The position numbers and the translations under genes were made by a program. From a virus (taxonomy: Duplodnaviria; Caudoviricetes), in the IMG/VR virus record IMGVR_UViG_3300030095_005611, positions 1 through 34,525 of that record: DNA of 34,525 bases. One strand, given 5' to 3'. Of this stretch, positions 25,610-34,525 are shown piece after piece. Each line of letters opens with the position of its first letter. The stretch's first letter is position 1. The notes beneath the pieces were generated by a model. It was given only the letters and a program-made list of their open reading frames with translations, searched no databases and was not told the origin of the DNA.

Positions 25610-28296
25610 TGCTTCCTATTTTTTTTAATCTTGTTTAGAACTTCTTCAGTCGACAAACCCTCATTTACATTTAAATAACCAGACTCACCTAAAATATTAG
25701 AGGCATACTTATTTAATCCAAATTGTTCTAAAATTGATGCTCGGGTTCTACCGGTGACACGTTGAAATTCATTTATTTCTTGTAAAACAGTATTATAAAT
25801 TTGTGCTTTATATGATACATATTTTTGTTTTATGACTTCTTGTGATGCAAAAAGATCTTTAATTTTAGTAAGTTCTTGAGCGTTTAAAATATCTTGCACT
25901 GTAATTCTATCTTCTGTTTTATTCATATTAGCTACAGCATACTTTAACTGGTTTTCAATAAATACAGCAGCACCTAATGCTTTTGCCAAAGCAAGTCTAT
26001 CAGACTCGGTTTTTAATTTGCCTTTATGCTTATTGTAATAATCTTTTGCGTCTGCTAATTTTTCATTTATTTGCTTTCTTTCGTTTTCAATAAATTCATT
26101 ATATATTTCTTGCTCACCTTTTGTTACTTGAGCACCTAATATTTTAGTACCAGTGCTTATTGTTCCATCATTGTTAACATCTATTTTGATTGCTCCATCT
26201 TCACCGCCACTTGCATATTTACTTAAAAATATGTCTGTATTAGCTTTACTAAATACTTCATCTGCTGTGGTCGCGCCAATGATGTTGGTATCTGCATAAT
26301 TTGCATCTTGACCATTTATAAAACTTTTTAAACCTTCTATAGAACCTTGAATGGTTTCAAATTTATCTAATAAGAATAATTCAGTACCCGCAACATCAAG
26401 TAAGGACTTACCACCAAAAGCAGCTTGTGGTTCAAAAGCCATTTCTAAAGCTTGCAGTGTTCTAGCCCCATATTGTAGTTTTAATTTTTGTGATTTCATG
26501 ACCTTACTTGAAGGTTGTTCTTCAAAAGTGTATGTGTAATCCATCGCGTTTTTTTGCGCTCTAAATTGATTTAGAGGCAGTGTTTGAGAAAATCTTTGAC
26601 CATATGTTTCTGAATTTTCATCCTTATCTACAAAATCGTAAGTAATCATATCTATGCCGGTTTTAGTTTGATAGCCTTTAGCAAAAAACACATTTGGTAC
26701 TGTTATTTCTTGATTAGGTTCACCTGTAACTGGATCTTTACCAATAACTTTTTTTGTTCCTTCAAATCTGTAAATTCTATTTTTACCTACTTTTTCTCTA
26801 TCCCCTAATAAAAGTCTTTGTTTATGTTTTTGGTCAAGTTCTTTTAATTTAAGTTCTAGATCCAATTCGCCTTCAGCCTCTTGTAAGCCTAACTGCGCTT
26901 GTTGTAAAGCAAGGTTTCTTTCTTGTTCATCATAATACATGTCAAGTTCTCGTTCGTATTTCATAAAATTGCCTACTAGATTCTGCTGTAGTTCTCTTTC
27001 TTGTTGATATAATTGATAAGCTTCTTCTACTGCTTGACCACCAGCTTGACCAAGAATTTCTAAAAATCCAGATGCACCTGAATCATAAGTTTTCGCTGAC
27101 ATCATAGCTAAACCCATTTTCATAATAATGTAGTTAATATCTTGTTGCGGTACATTCATACCAGCTCTTTCTCTAAAATCTTGGTAAAACTGCTCAAAGG
27201 ATTGTCTTTCTCTGTTGGCCATTTTTGTTTTCTGTTTTTCTAAAGCTTCGTTGTATTCTTTATAAGCTTTTCGACGTGCTGTAAAAAGTTCAATTAAATC
27301 ACTAGGCTCATTGTAATTATTAATATTAGGATCGTCTGTGTCATTTAAGTCTTTATTAATTTCTGCATTTAAATTTTTATTATTAGTCATGCCATCATCA
27401 AAATTACTTTTAATGTCTTTTTTCGGATCGATTGGTGTATATGGCACCTCTTCACCTTTTATGGGTATTGGACCTTGTCCTTTTATAGCATCTATTTTTT
27501 TAGCTGCATCAATGACATTTTGAGAGCTTCCCACTTCCTCTACAAATTTTGTAGCCTCGTCTTGATCTAAATCCGCTTCTTCCTGTAAAGCAACTATGTT
27601 TGTGTTTTTATCTTGATTTTTTGCTTTTATTATTTCTTCTCTCATTTCATTTTGTCTTGATACAGTTGGAACTAAACCTTCACTTGCATATTGATTAAGT
27701 TCACTATCGATCTTGGCAACAACGTTTTCATAATTTTTACCATCTCCAGAACCCACATCTAAAGGTGGATTTATGGCTTCTTCAAAAAGGTTAACAGCTT
27801 CTGGAGCAGCCAACGCAACGCTAGCAGCAACTTTTTCTGGCACATATTTACCTGGTTTTGTAAATCTAGCAATACCTTCAGATGATTTTTCTAAGAAATT
27901 TTTTTGAACGGGTCTGACTTTTCCAGTCGCATCAAGAATTGATGAAGGTTGTCTGTTTTTTGTATAAGCTTTTGAGATATTCATTAAAGTCCTTGGAGCT
28001 TGTAATATGGGCAGACCTGCTTCAACAATACCCAAACCTGCTTTTGCATAATCTTCATCACGAATACCTTCGTACACATTTTTAGCACCTAGTCCCGCAA
28101 TAACGCCTTCACCAGTGGCAATAAGCGGACCTCCAATTTTACTTTTTTCTACATAATCATAGGCTCTGCCTAAACCTTTAAAAGGTTTAGATCCGTAATC
28201 TGCTGTTGTTTTCGCAACTTTTTTACCAGTTTTTATAGCTTTATAAATTTCTGGAGAGTATTTAAGTAATCCCTCTAATATATATTTAGCTGCCAC
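25606..28296 (-). CDS. Internal virion/ejection-type protein, 896 aa
   Basis: Coiled-coil central region; position in the ejectosome gene block (inference). Confidence 0.6.
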   Translation of the reverse strand: MAAKYILEGLLKYSPEIYKAIKTGKKVAKTTADYGSKPFKGLGRAYDYVEKSKIGGPLIATGEGVIAGLGAKNVYEGIRDEDYAKAGLGIVEAGLPILQAPRTLMNISKAYTKNRQPSSILDATGKVRPVQKNFLEKSSEGIARFTKPGKYVPEKVAASVALAAPEAVNLFEEAINPPLDVGSGDGKNYENVVAKIDSELNQYASEGLVPTVSRQNEMREEIIKAKNQDKNTNIVALQEEADLDQDEATKFVEEVGSSQNVIDAAKKIDAIKGQGPIPIKGEEVPYTPIDPKKDIKSNFDDGMTNNKNLNAEINKDLNDTDDPNINNYNEPSDLIELFTARRKAYKEYNEALEKQKTKMANRERQSFEQFYQDFRERAGMNVPQQDINYIIMKMGLAMMSAKTYDSGASGFLEILGQAGGQAVEEAYQLYQQERELQQNLVGNFMKYERELDMYYDEQERNLALQQAQLGLQEAEGELDLELKLKELDQKHKQRLLLGDREKVGKNRIYRFEGTKKVIGKDPVTGEPNQEITVPNVFFAKGYQTKTGIDMITYDFVDKDENSETYGQRFSQTLPLNQFRAQKNAMDYTYTFEEQPSSKVMKSQKLKLQYGARTLQALEMAFEPQAAFGGKSLLDVAGTELFLLDKFETIQGSIEGLKSFINGQDANYADTNIIGATTADEVFSKANTDIFLSKYASGGEDGAIKIDVNNDGTISTGTKILGAQVTKGEQEIYNEFIENERKQINEKLADAKDYYNKHKGKLKTESDRLALAKALGAAVFIENQLKYAVANMNKTEDRITVQDILNAQELTKIKDLFASQEVIKQKYVSYKAQIYNTVLQEINEFQRVTGRTRASILEQFGLNKYASNILGESGYLNVNEGLSTEEVLNKIKKNRKQ

Positions 28297-29357
28297 TATT
28301 TACCTCCTATACCAGTACCTGCAAGCATGTTATAGCCACCGTAAGCCACTGCACCTAAACCTGCAGCTTGTGCTAATGGATTGGTTCCAGGAGCCGTGGT
28401 TTGTGTAACCTGACTCGCTGCAGTTGGTAATGCGGTCATAATACCTTTTTGGAATTCAATACGCTGATAAGGCTCATAAGCTCGTGCTATGTCAGTCTGA
28501 CGTTGTGCCGCTAATGCTTGTTGTGCCAAGTTTCTTTGTGATTGACCCACAGCCATTTGAGTTTGAATATCTTGTGTCTGCATAGCCTGTTGTTGTGCAC
28601 CAAATGCGCCTAATTGTTTTGATAAAGCCATATCGGTTTGTATACCTAAATTTTGTTGTTGTTGTGCCGCTTGTAAAGCTTGACCATAGTTTTGTGCTTG
28701 AGCTTGACCAATAGCACGCTGGGTTGCACCCATTAGTTCAGCTTGTTGTACACCTTCACGACCGCCACCAAAAGCTCCAGCACCAACAGCATCAGCACTT
28801 ATTTGATTAGCTTGCATACCTGATTGTCTATTGATCTCATCAATAACATATTGATTGTATGGATTTAAAAAAGCTTCAACATTAGGTAATTGAGCAGCTT
28901 TAGTTTGTGCACCAAGCGCAGCAGTTATTCCTTGATTAACAGCAGCTTGTCCAGTGTCTGCGGTAGCAGCACCTGTGTAAGCTTGTTGTTCAAGAGCCGA
29001 GGGACCTGCTACTTGATAAGCAGGTATGTTAACTGGTTGTTTTGTTAAATTTGCAGCTGTATCATATAACGCTAACTTACGCGCTTCGATTTCAGGTGCT
29101 TCTCTACTAAAGGTTGTTTGTGTTTCAGCAGGTGTTGATCCACCTGAAGAACCACCACCACCAAAGTATTGTGTTAAACCTGTTTCATCGTTAACAGTAC
29201 CACAACCACCATGAGCAATAAGTAACTTTCTTTCATATTCGTTAACATGTGCTAAATGCACATCACCATTTTTACCGTGGTCCGTGATATCAGAATAAAG
29301 TTCTTGAAATAACTTTATCTTTTCTTTTATATTAAGTTTTTTTAAATCTATACTCAT
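28296..29357 (-). CDS. Gln/Ala-rich DNA-ejection (pilot-like) protein with N-terminal GDxxLAH...TGL domain
   Basis: Q/A-rich body, GAFGGGR motif, Gly-rich hydrophobic C-terminus. Confidence 0.7.
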   Translation of the reverse strand: MSIDLKKLNIKEKIKLFQELYSDITDHGKNGDVHLAHVNEYERKLLIAHGGCGTVNDETGLTQYFGGGGSSGGSTPAETQTTFSREAPEIEARKLALYDTAANLTKQPVNIPAYQVAGPSALEQQAYTGAATADTGQAAVNQGITAALGAQTKAAQLPNVEAFLNPYNQYVIDEINRQSGMQANQISADAVGAGAFGGGREGVQQAELMGATQRAIGQAQAQNYGQALQAAQQQQNLGIQTDMALSKQLGAFGAQQQAMQTQDIQTQMAVGQSQRNLAQQALAAQRQTDIARAYEPYQRIEFQKGIMTALPTAASQVTQTTAPGTNPLAQAAGLGAVAYGGYNMLAGTGIGGK

Positions 29358-29767
29358 AATGCTTTCTCTATTTGTACATGTGTTTTAACATATCCCTTTG
29401 GTTTCATAACTTTTTCCCACCCTGGTCTTGCAAATAACTCCATTTTTTTACAATCTTGTTCTTTAGCCCATGCTTCTAAATCTTCTACATGGTGATGCCA
29501 CCTATTCATTTGTTTGCCAGTCACGATTCGTGCATCACAAACTTTATAATTAGGGTAGCTTCTTATTTCAGTCACAACGGTTGCGAGAACTTCATCGGTT
29601 TTATCAATTACCAACCAGAGTTGCATGGCTCCTTGTTTGCACATGTCTTTGATGTCATTTACATCAAACGCTCCGTTTGTCTCACAGGCCAGTTGGACTA
29701 AATTTTTTGCTAAAGGCCAAACTTTTTCTACTTCAAACTTTGTAAACTTAATAAATTTTGTTTGCAT
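29354..29767 (-). CDS. GNAT-fold acyltransferase-like virion-assembly protein
   Basis: QLWLV...TEI..YP...G..M..W...LEAWAKEQDCKKMEL..RPGWEKV...GY pattern. Confidence 0.65.
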   Translation of the reverse strand: MQTKFIKFTKFEVEKVWPLAKNLVQLACETNGAFDVNDIKDMCKQGAMQLWLVIDKTDEVLATVVTEIRSYPNYKVCDARIVTGKQMNRWHHHVEDLEAWAKEQDCKKMELFARPGWEKVMKPKGYVKTHVQIEKAL

Positions 29768-30727
29768 TTACGCGCTTACTAGATCGTATACTCTCTTTAA
29801 TTGATCTTGTTGATTGTAAAAAAATGCAGCTCCCTTTTTACGCATATCTTTAAAGTCCTCAGGATTTGCACCTGCCATGATGCCTGCTCCAAGGATGGCA
29901 TCTGCACGAGACACAAACTCACCATCGGCAAGTTGTGCTAACATGGTATCTTCATCTTTGTCACCAACACCAGATCCATCTTCAACGTATCCAGTTGCTC
30001 TGACATAATTATTTACATCATTCTCATCTTTTTCTATTTTACTAGGTAAATAGTTTACTCCACCCGTAGCATACTGTGCTATACCTTCAACAAAAGCACC
30101 TTCTTTAGCATAAAGCATATTGGAAAAATTATAGGGGTCCATTTGAGCGGGTTCATTTGAATAATCATATGCCTGCGTTAGACCAGACAATTTATCAGTT
30201 TCTCTTTGTAATAAAGCTGCTCTTTGTTCAGGAGTGCTTTCAAATGGATTGTATGGCTTTTTTACTTTTGGTGGTTCTAATCTACCCAACGCATAAGAAG
30301 ATCCTAGTGTTGCACCCAATCCTAGTTGTTTACCTGGAGTGCTTAAATAATTACCAACATTTTGTAGACCTCTTCCAAAAACAGCTCCTACATTATCTGC
30401 GCTTCCTGTAATTGCACTTGAATATGTGCCAGGGTTTATAAACTTACCTCCCATTGCAATATCTTGTGCAATAGGTGATCCAGAAGCTACAGTTCCGGAC
30501 TGTATACCACTTCTTAAAGCTTCACTTCCAGCACCGGCTTTTAAGGATTCTCCTAAAACTAAATCTTGACCCGCAGCTGTAAGACCTTTTCCTAAAGCAC
30601 CCACACCATACGAAGTAGCAAAACCAAGTATGCCTGATTTTAATGAATCGCCAGTTGATGCGCCGGACATTTTAGAGGCTGCGAAACTTACACCACCGGC
30701 AATTAAAGGAATTGTCCACCAAGCCAT
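29768..30727 (-). CDS. Gly-rich virion protein with C-terminal GxG...DxxLAxLxDGEFV domain
   Basis: Gly/Ala-rich hydrophobic N-half; GYVEDGSGVGDKDEDTMLAQLADGEFVSRADA. Confidence 0.7.
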   Translation of the reverse strand: MAWWTIPLIAGGVSFAASKMSGASTGDSLKSGILGFATSYGVGALGKGLTAAGQDLVLGESLKAGAGSEALRSGIQSGTVASGSPIAQDIAMGGKFINPGTYSSAITGSADNVGAVFGRGLQNVGNYLSTPGKQLGLGATLGSSYALGRLEPPKVKKPYNPFESTPEQRAALLQRETDKLSGLTQAYDYSNEPAQMDPYNFSNMLYAKEGAFVEGIAQYATGGVNYLPSKIEKDENDVNNYVRATGYVEDGSGVGDKDEDTMLAQLADGEFVSRADAILGAGIMAGANPEDFKDMRKKGAAFFYNQQDQLKRVYDLVSA

Positions 30728-30764
30728 TTATAAATCTCCTAATCTTATTAAGATAAGTTTACCC

Positions 30765-31577
30765 TTATTCTTCAGTGCTATCAACACTACTAGGCTTCAT
30801 TTCGTCCCACAAACGTCCTGTGTATTGAAACTCACCTACATGAGTTATATAGTCCATTATATAGCAATAGCACTTACCACCTATATTGCGCCACAGTTTA
30901 CAAAAAGCAAAGTCTTCACCAAGAAAACGTTTGTTTTCTTTATCATAAAAAGTGTCAAAGAAGTTATATAGATAGGGTTTTTTCTGTAGTTTGCCATCAA
31001 TTAAACTATCTTGATGTATCTCCATATCTGGATAAGATTCAATCAAAGTATCAAACACTTCTCGTTTGATGAGCATACATCCAGTAGGTGCATGAGTAAC
31101 TTCAATCACACCCTCACCTTCTACCTCTATCGCTTCACTATCTTCTAATCGCAAAGGGTAAGTATTGCAATTGACATGTGCTTCATGAGCCGTGGTTACT
31201 TCACCGTGTAGTATCTTCTGAATGAGTCGGTCGAACTTAATATCTTTTAAAGGGTAGGGCACAGAAATGACGTCCTTGTCAGCCTCAAGCATACTCCATA
31301 TGCTGTCCGAGGAAAACGCTATATCTGAGTCAATAAAAAGCATATGTGACATTTCGCTTTTTAAAAAAGAGGCAGTACATAAGTTTCTGCCCTGTGTCAC
31401 TAATGATGATTTTATCATTTCAAACATGACTTTGATACCTTTCTCCATACAAGCTTTTTGAAACTCTAATAAGCTTTGTGTGTAATGAATAGATACATCT
31501 GAGTGTACTGGTGTAGCTACATAGATACCTAGTTCTCTTTCTTGATTGAGCCACAAGGGTTTACTTGGATCTGGCAT
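30765..31577 (-). CDS. GT-A fold glycosyltransferase-like protein
   Basis: VATP, SLVTQGRN, LFIDSD (DxD), TGCMLIKR.VF, GEDFAFC, THVG. Confidence 0.85.
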   Translation of the reverse strand: MPDPSKPLWLNQERELGIYVATPVHSDVSIHYTQSLLEFQKACMEKGIKVMFEMIKSSLVTQGRNLCTASFLKSEMSHMLFIDSDIAFSSDSIWSMLEADKDVISVPYPLKDIKFDRLIQKILHGEVTTAHEAHVNCNTYPLRLEDSEAIEVEGEGVIEVTHAPTGCMLIKREVFDTLIESYPDMEIHQDSLIDGKLQKKPYLYNFFDTFYDKENKRFLGEDFAFCKLWRNIGGKCYCYIMDYITHVGEFQYTGRLWDEMKPSSVDSTEE

Positions 31578-32496
31578 GTAAGGCTCCTTCTAAAAATCTA
31601 GTCCACTCAATAGATTTTTTTGTCCAATTATAAAAACGTTTGGTGTAATCTTGTTGAAATAAAAGATGTTCATAAATATTACTTTCATGTAAATGTTGTC
31701 TGCCTGTTTTTATCGCATAAGCAAAGTTTTCTGCTAATCTTTTATAGTTATTCGTATAGTTCACATAAATTGGAAATTCAGCACAAGTCTCATATAAAGC
31801 ACCGTAATTAGTGGTTACACAATATAGACCAGCAGCCATAGCTTCGAGGGCCGAGATACATGAGGTCTCTTCCCAAATACAAGGGTAAGCAAACATGTGA
31901 TAATCTTTCATTTTATTTAAAATAAAATCGTTAGACTGATAACCAATATAGTTAACATTAGGTAACGTTCTTGCTTGATCAAATAATCTTTCCCACTCTG
32001 CATTATTACTTTTAGCAAACTCTTCACCATACACCTCACAACTACTATAGACATCTAATATTATATCCTCATCTTGCAAATGTTGCATCGCTAATAATAA
32101 TACGTTCAAACCACGCCAAGGGGTTGGTTGAAAAACTAAACGTAACGTATTACCTTGCTCGTAAGGTTTTCTTTCTGGAAAATGCGTAACACCATTTTTA
32201 ATGACGTGACACTTTTCTGTCGGTACATCATACATCATACGAAACTTTTCATAGTTCCAGTGTGAATTAAATACATACCAATCGTATAAACGATGATTAC
32301 TTTTATCAGCAAAGAAAGGTTTAATGTTAGGTTGATCGTAGCTATTTTTTTGCCACAAGATGTTAATCTTGTTTTCATCAATAGGTACTTTGTTTGGTAT
32401 AGAAGTGCAGATTTGAAAGTGGCTAAGTAGATACTCGTCTACTCTTGCCGTTAAAAACTCATGTTGTAGTTCTGTGCCACCTTTAGGCTCACTCAT
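31561..32496 (-). CDS. GT-B fold (group 1) glycosyltransferase
   Basis: GGTE, FNSHW, VIKNG, PWRGL, YPCIWEETSCISALEAMAAG (E-x7-E); start 32496 overlaps the upstream stop. Confidence 0.9.
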   Translation of the reverse strand: MSEPKGGTELQHEFLTARVDEYLLSHFQICTSIPNKVPIDENKINILWQKNSYDQPNIKPFFADKSNHRLYDWYVFNSHWNYEKFRMMYDVPTEKCHVIKNGVTHFPERKPYEQGNTLRLVFQPTPWRGLNVLLLAMQHLQDEDIILDVYSSCEVYGEEFAKSNNAEWERLFDQARTLPNVNYIGYQSNDFILNKMKDYHMFAYPCIWEETSCISALEAMAAGLYCVTTNYGALYETCAEFPIYVNYTNNYKRLAENFAYAIKTGRQHLHESNIYEHLLFQQDYTKRFYNWTKKSIEWTRFLEGALHARSK

Positions 32497-32680
32497 TCGT
32501 CTCCCCAAAGAGATCAAGTTTAGGAACAATAATAGTTACATCACGTTGAATATCTTCTTCTTTGGTAGAAGTACCAGCATCTGCTATGTCTGCTTGGGCC
32601 TCTTCTTCAGAAGCATATTCTAAGCCTGACTTTTTATTAGTAATCTTGGTTTGTGATTCGCAATCAATAGTAATCGTCAT
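32489..32680 (-). CDS. Small acidic hypothetical protein, 63 aa
   Basis: ORF coupled to the glycosyltransferase; preceded by a leaderless-type promoter. Confidence 0.7.
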   Translation of the reverse strand: MTITIDCESQTKITNKKSGLEYASEEEAQADIADAGTSTKEEDIQRDVTIIVPKLDLFGETNE

Positions 32681-32686
32681 GGTCGT

Positions 32687-32715
32687 ATTCTAACCATTTT
32701 CTTGTGATCTGTCTA
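32687..32715 (-). promoter_or_regulatory. Leaderless-type promoter
   Basis: TAGACA-17 nt-TAGAAT-6 nt-ATG(32680). Confidence 0.55.
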
Positions 32716-33031
32716 ATTGAGCATAAGAGATAACACCTGATATCTTAGCTGCTGTTTCTGCAGTCATTTTAAGAATATCACCTTCTTCTAATACAAGCGT
32801 ATTCGTTATAATATCAGTAGTGCTAACGGCAGCAATGTCTTGGTTGCCAAAGGTGTGCGTGGCTGATGCAGAAGTATCGGTTAGCTTTGTGGTCAAAGTG
32901 ACTGCACTACTGTGTATATTGACGGCTTGTATTTGTTTAATTAACAACCTTGCATCACTGGGTGCAGTTAACACAGAAGTCTCATCGGTATTAGCTAAAG
33001 TAAATCCTTGATTTTTGTATTGTATAGTCAT
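32690..33031 (-). CDS. Small beta-rich probable virion protein, 113 aa
   Basis: LVLEEGDILK pattern; located in the tail operon. Confidence 0.75.
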   Translation of the reverse strand: MTIQYKNQGFTLANTDETSVLTAPSDARLLIKQIQAVNIHSSAVTLTTKLTDTSASATHTFGNQDIAAVSTTDIITNTLVLEEGDILKMTAETAAKISGVISYAQLDRSQENG

Positions 33032-33192
33032 GAGATAAACCAGTTAAAAGCGTCTTGCTCGTTTTTAAGATCTGTTTGAAACGAAAAATTAAGTTGATTT
33101 TTTAAAGTATCAAGAGCCTCCATAATCTGTCTTTGATTAGACTGATCATACTCTGGTTTTGGCTCTGGAATAGTAATAAGTATTTTAGCCAT
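33028..33192 (-). CDS. Small probable virion protein, 54 aa
   Basis: Not in the ORF track: MAKILITIPEPKPEYDQSNQRQIMEALDTLKNQLNFSFQTDLKNEQDAFNWFIS; TAATG and ATGA overlaps on either side. Confidence 0.8.
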   Translation of the reverse strand: MAKILITIPEPKPEYDQSNQRQIMEALDTLKNQLNFSFQTDLKNEQDAFNWFIS

Positions 33193-34525
33193 TATCTTCT
33201 CCCGTCTGGTTGCACATCTGCTCTAAATGAACCAAATCGCCAGTTCTGATCTGTAGAAGTATTTTCTATTTTTAATGAAGCAAATCGACCTCTTGCTCTG
33301 GTGTCTATCTTTTTGGTTGATGAGCTTACCGTAAATGGACCTAGTGATGAACTAGCTTCTGTCTCAGCAGGAAAGTCTTTTAGTTGTATAGTAACTGTCG
33401 CATTACCACTTAGTATCTTAAAGTCTGGTAAGAAACGTCTAATCTTAATAAAGTTCTCGCCTTGCCCACCTTGGTCATCTAAAGTAAAATCACCTGACTC
33501 AATAAAAGCATCAATACTAGCGGTTGCGTTACCATTTTGATCTGCTTGATTAACCCCTTTTTCATGTTCATATATTTGAGATGCTCCATTTGTATTACTT
33601 ACTCCTTGTATAGTTGGAAAGGTTGGTGTACCCGTTGAAGTAAATTCAGAAGCAATTGGTCTTTCAAATAAAGTTTTATCCATGTAAGCAGTTCTTGCTA
33701 ACGAACTGGTAGTCCATGCCCCCTCTCGATAATTTAAAGTTACACATCGGTCAATTTGTGAAGAACCTGCTTTTGGGTAAAACCAATTTATTTCAGTAAA
33801 TAATGAATTAAAATTACAATAAACTATTTCGCCAGCATCATAATTAATACCTAAGTCATCACTATCTACATTAGTAAATACAAAGTCTTCTACCGAACAA
33901 GGTATTCTTTTTACTGTACCATCATAAGCAAAAAAACCACCGCCTTGACCCATCCAATAAACAATACCATCGACGTGTACGATTGCGTGTTGCCCAATCA
34001 AACCACAGTTAGATCCGACTTGTTGAATATTAAAAGTAAAAGGTGGTCCAACGAACTGCATAGTGTAAGCAGCAGTATCAGTTAATATTAAAATATAATC
34101 TTTTGCTCTTACTGCTCCTTCTATTTTTGTTCCCGAGTCTAATCTAAAAGTTCCAGCAGTATTAGTAGAAACAGGGGTATAGTCAGTTCTATCTTCTTGA
34201 TCACTAAAACGAATAAATAATTTATCTTGTGTACTTGCTGTGCCCACTGTAGTTTCTGTGCCTAAATGTATTAAATGTCTGTCTCGACCTGATACTAAGG
34301 TCATCACACTAGCTGTTGGGTTATTACTTGATACTGTAGCCCTAGTAGTCAAGCCACTTGACGGACTCCATTCAAAAGTTTTTTTATTTTTTACTGTACC
34401 TACTAGAATCTCACCAAAATTATCCAATGCCCAGTTTGCAGGATCAAGCGTTACATCAGTAGTCGCTGCGGCATTACCCCATGCAACAAAGTTAGTAGCA
34501 TCTGTTACCACTGCTGCATCATCAT
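33192..34525 (-). CDS. Tail nozzle / DNA-stabilisation protein (P22 gp10 / tubular protein B-like), 5'-truncated
   Basis: Beta-propeller-like sequence (FIRFSDQED, CGLIG, VYWMG, EINWFYP, DTRARGR, WRFG); frame is open to the window end. Confidence 0.8.
   Translation of the reverse strand, partial: DDAAVVTDATNFVAWGNAAATTDVTLDPANWALDNFGEILVGTVKNKKTFEWSPSSGLTTRATVSSNNPTASVMTLVSGRDRHLIHLGTETTVGTASTQDKLFIRFSDQEDRTDYTPVSTNTAGTFRLDSGTKIEGAVRAKDYILILTDTAAYTMQFVGPPFTFNIQQVGSNCGLIGQHAIVHVDGIVYWMGQGGGFFAYDGTVKRIPCSVEDFVFTNVDSDDLGINYDAGEIVYCNFNSLFTEINWFYPKAGSSQIDRCVTLNYREGAWTTSSLARTAYMDKTLFERPIASEFTSTGTPTFPTIQGVSNTNGASQIYEHEKGVNQADQNGNATASIDAFIESGDFTLDDQGGQGENFIKIRRFLPDFKILSGNATVTIQLKDFPAETEASSSLGPFTVSSSTKKIDTRARGRFASLKIENTSTDQNWRFGSFRADVQPDGRR

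Noticed and set aside
20457-33540. Numerous 60-110 aa antisense or alternate-frame ORFs inside long genes
   Set aside because: Shadow ORFs of well-supported minus-strand genes, with no SD or recognisable motifs

Overview
The window is most of an AT-rich tailed dsDNA phage genome, probably a short-tailed podovirus. The gene set resembles marine phages of low-GC hosts such as pelagiphages, which is an inference. Nearly all genes are on the minus strand. Left to right it contains: the 5' part of the terminase large subunit; a ~3 kb largely non-coding region with a GC-rich degenerate ~90-120 bp repeat lattice, interleaved with two promoter-gene-terminator cassettes; a VRR-NUC nuclease; the terminase small subunit; an integrase-arm-domain/GIY-YIG fusion; and small early genes. 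Next comes a replication module (family A DNA polymerase with Leu762, UvrD helicase, AEP primase, SSB, divergent SNF2 helicase, PD-(D/E)xK exonuclease). It is bracketed by two paralogous PP-loop/PAPS-reductase-like genes, one coupled to a truncated UDP-glucose dehydrogenase. The right part holds an overlapping cassette of secreted/membrane proteins, large internal-virion proteins, a GNAT-like gene, two glycosyltransferases and the 3' part of a tail/DNA-stabilisation protein. I saw no portal, capsid, endolysin, RNA polymerase, integrase, tRNA or CRISPR array. All product calls come from motif recognition by eye, not database searches.
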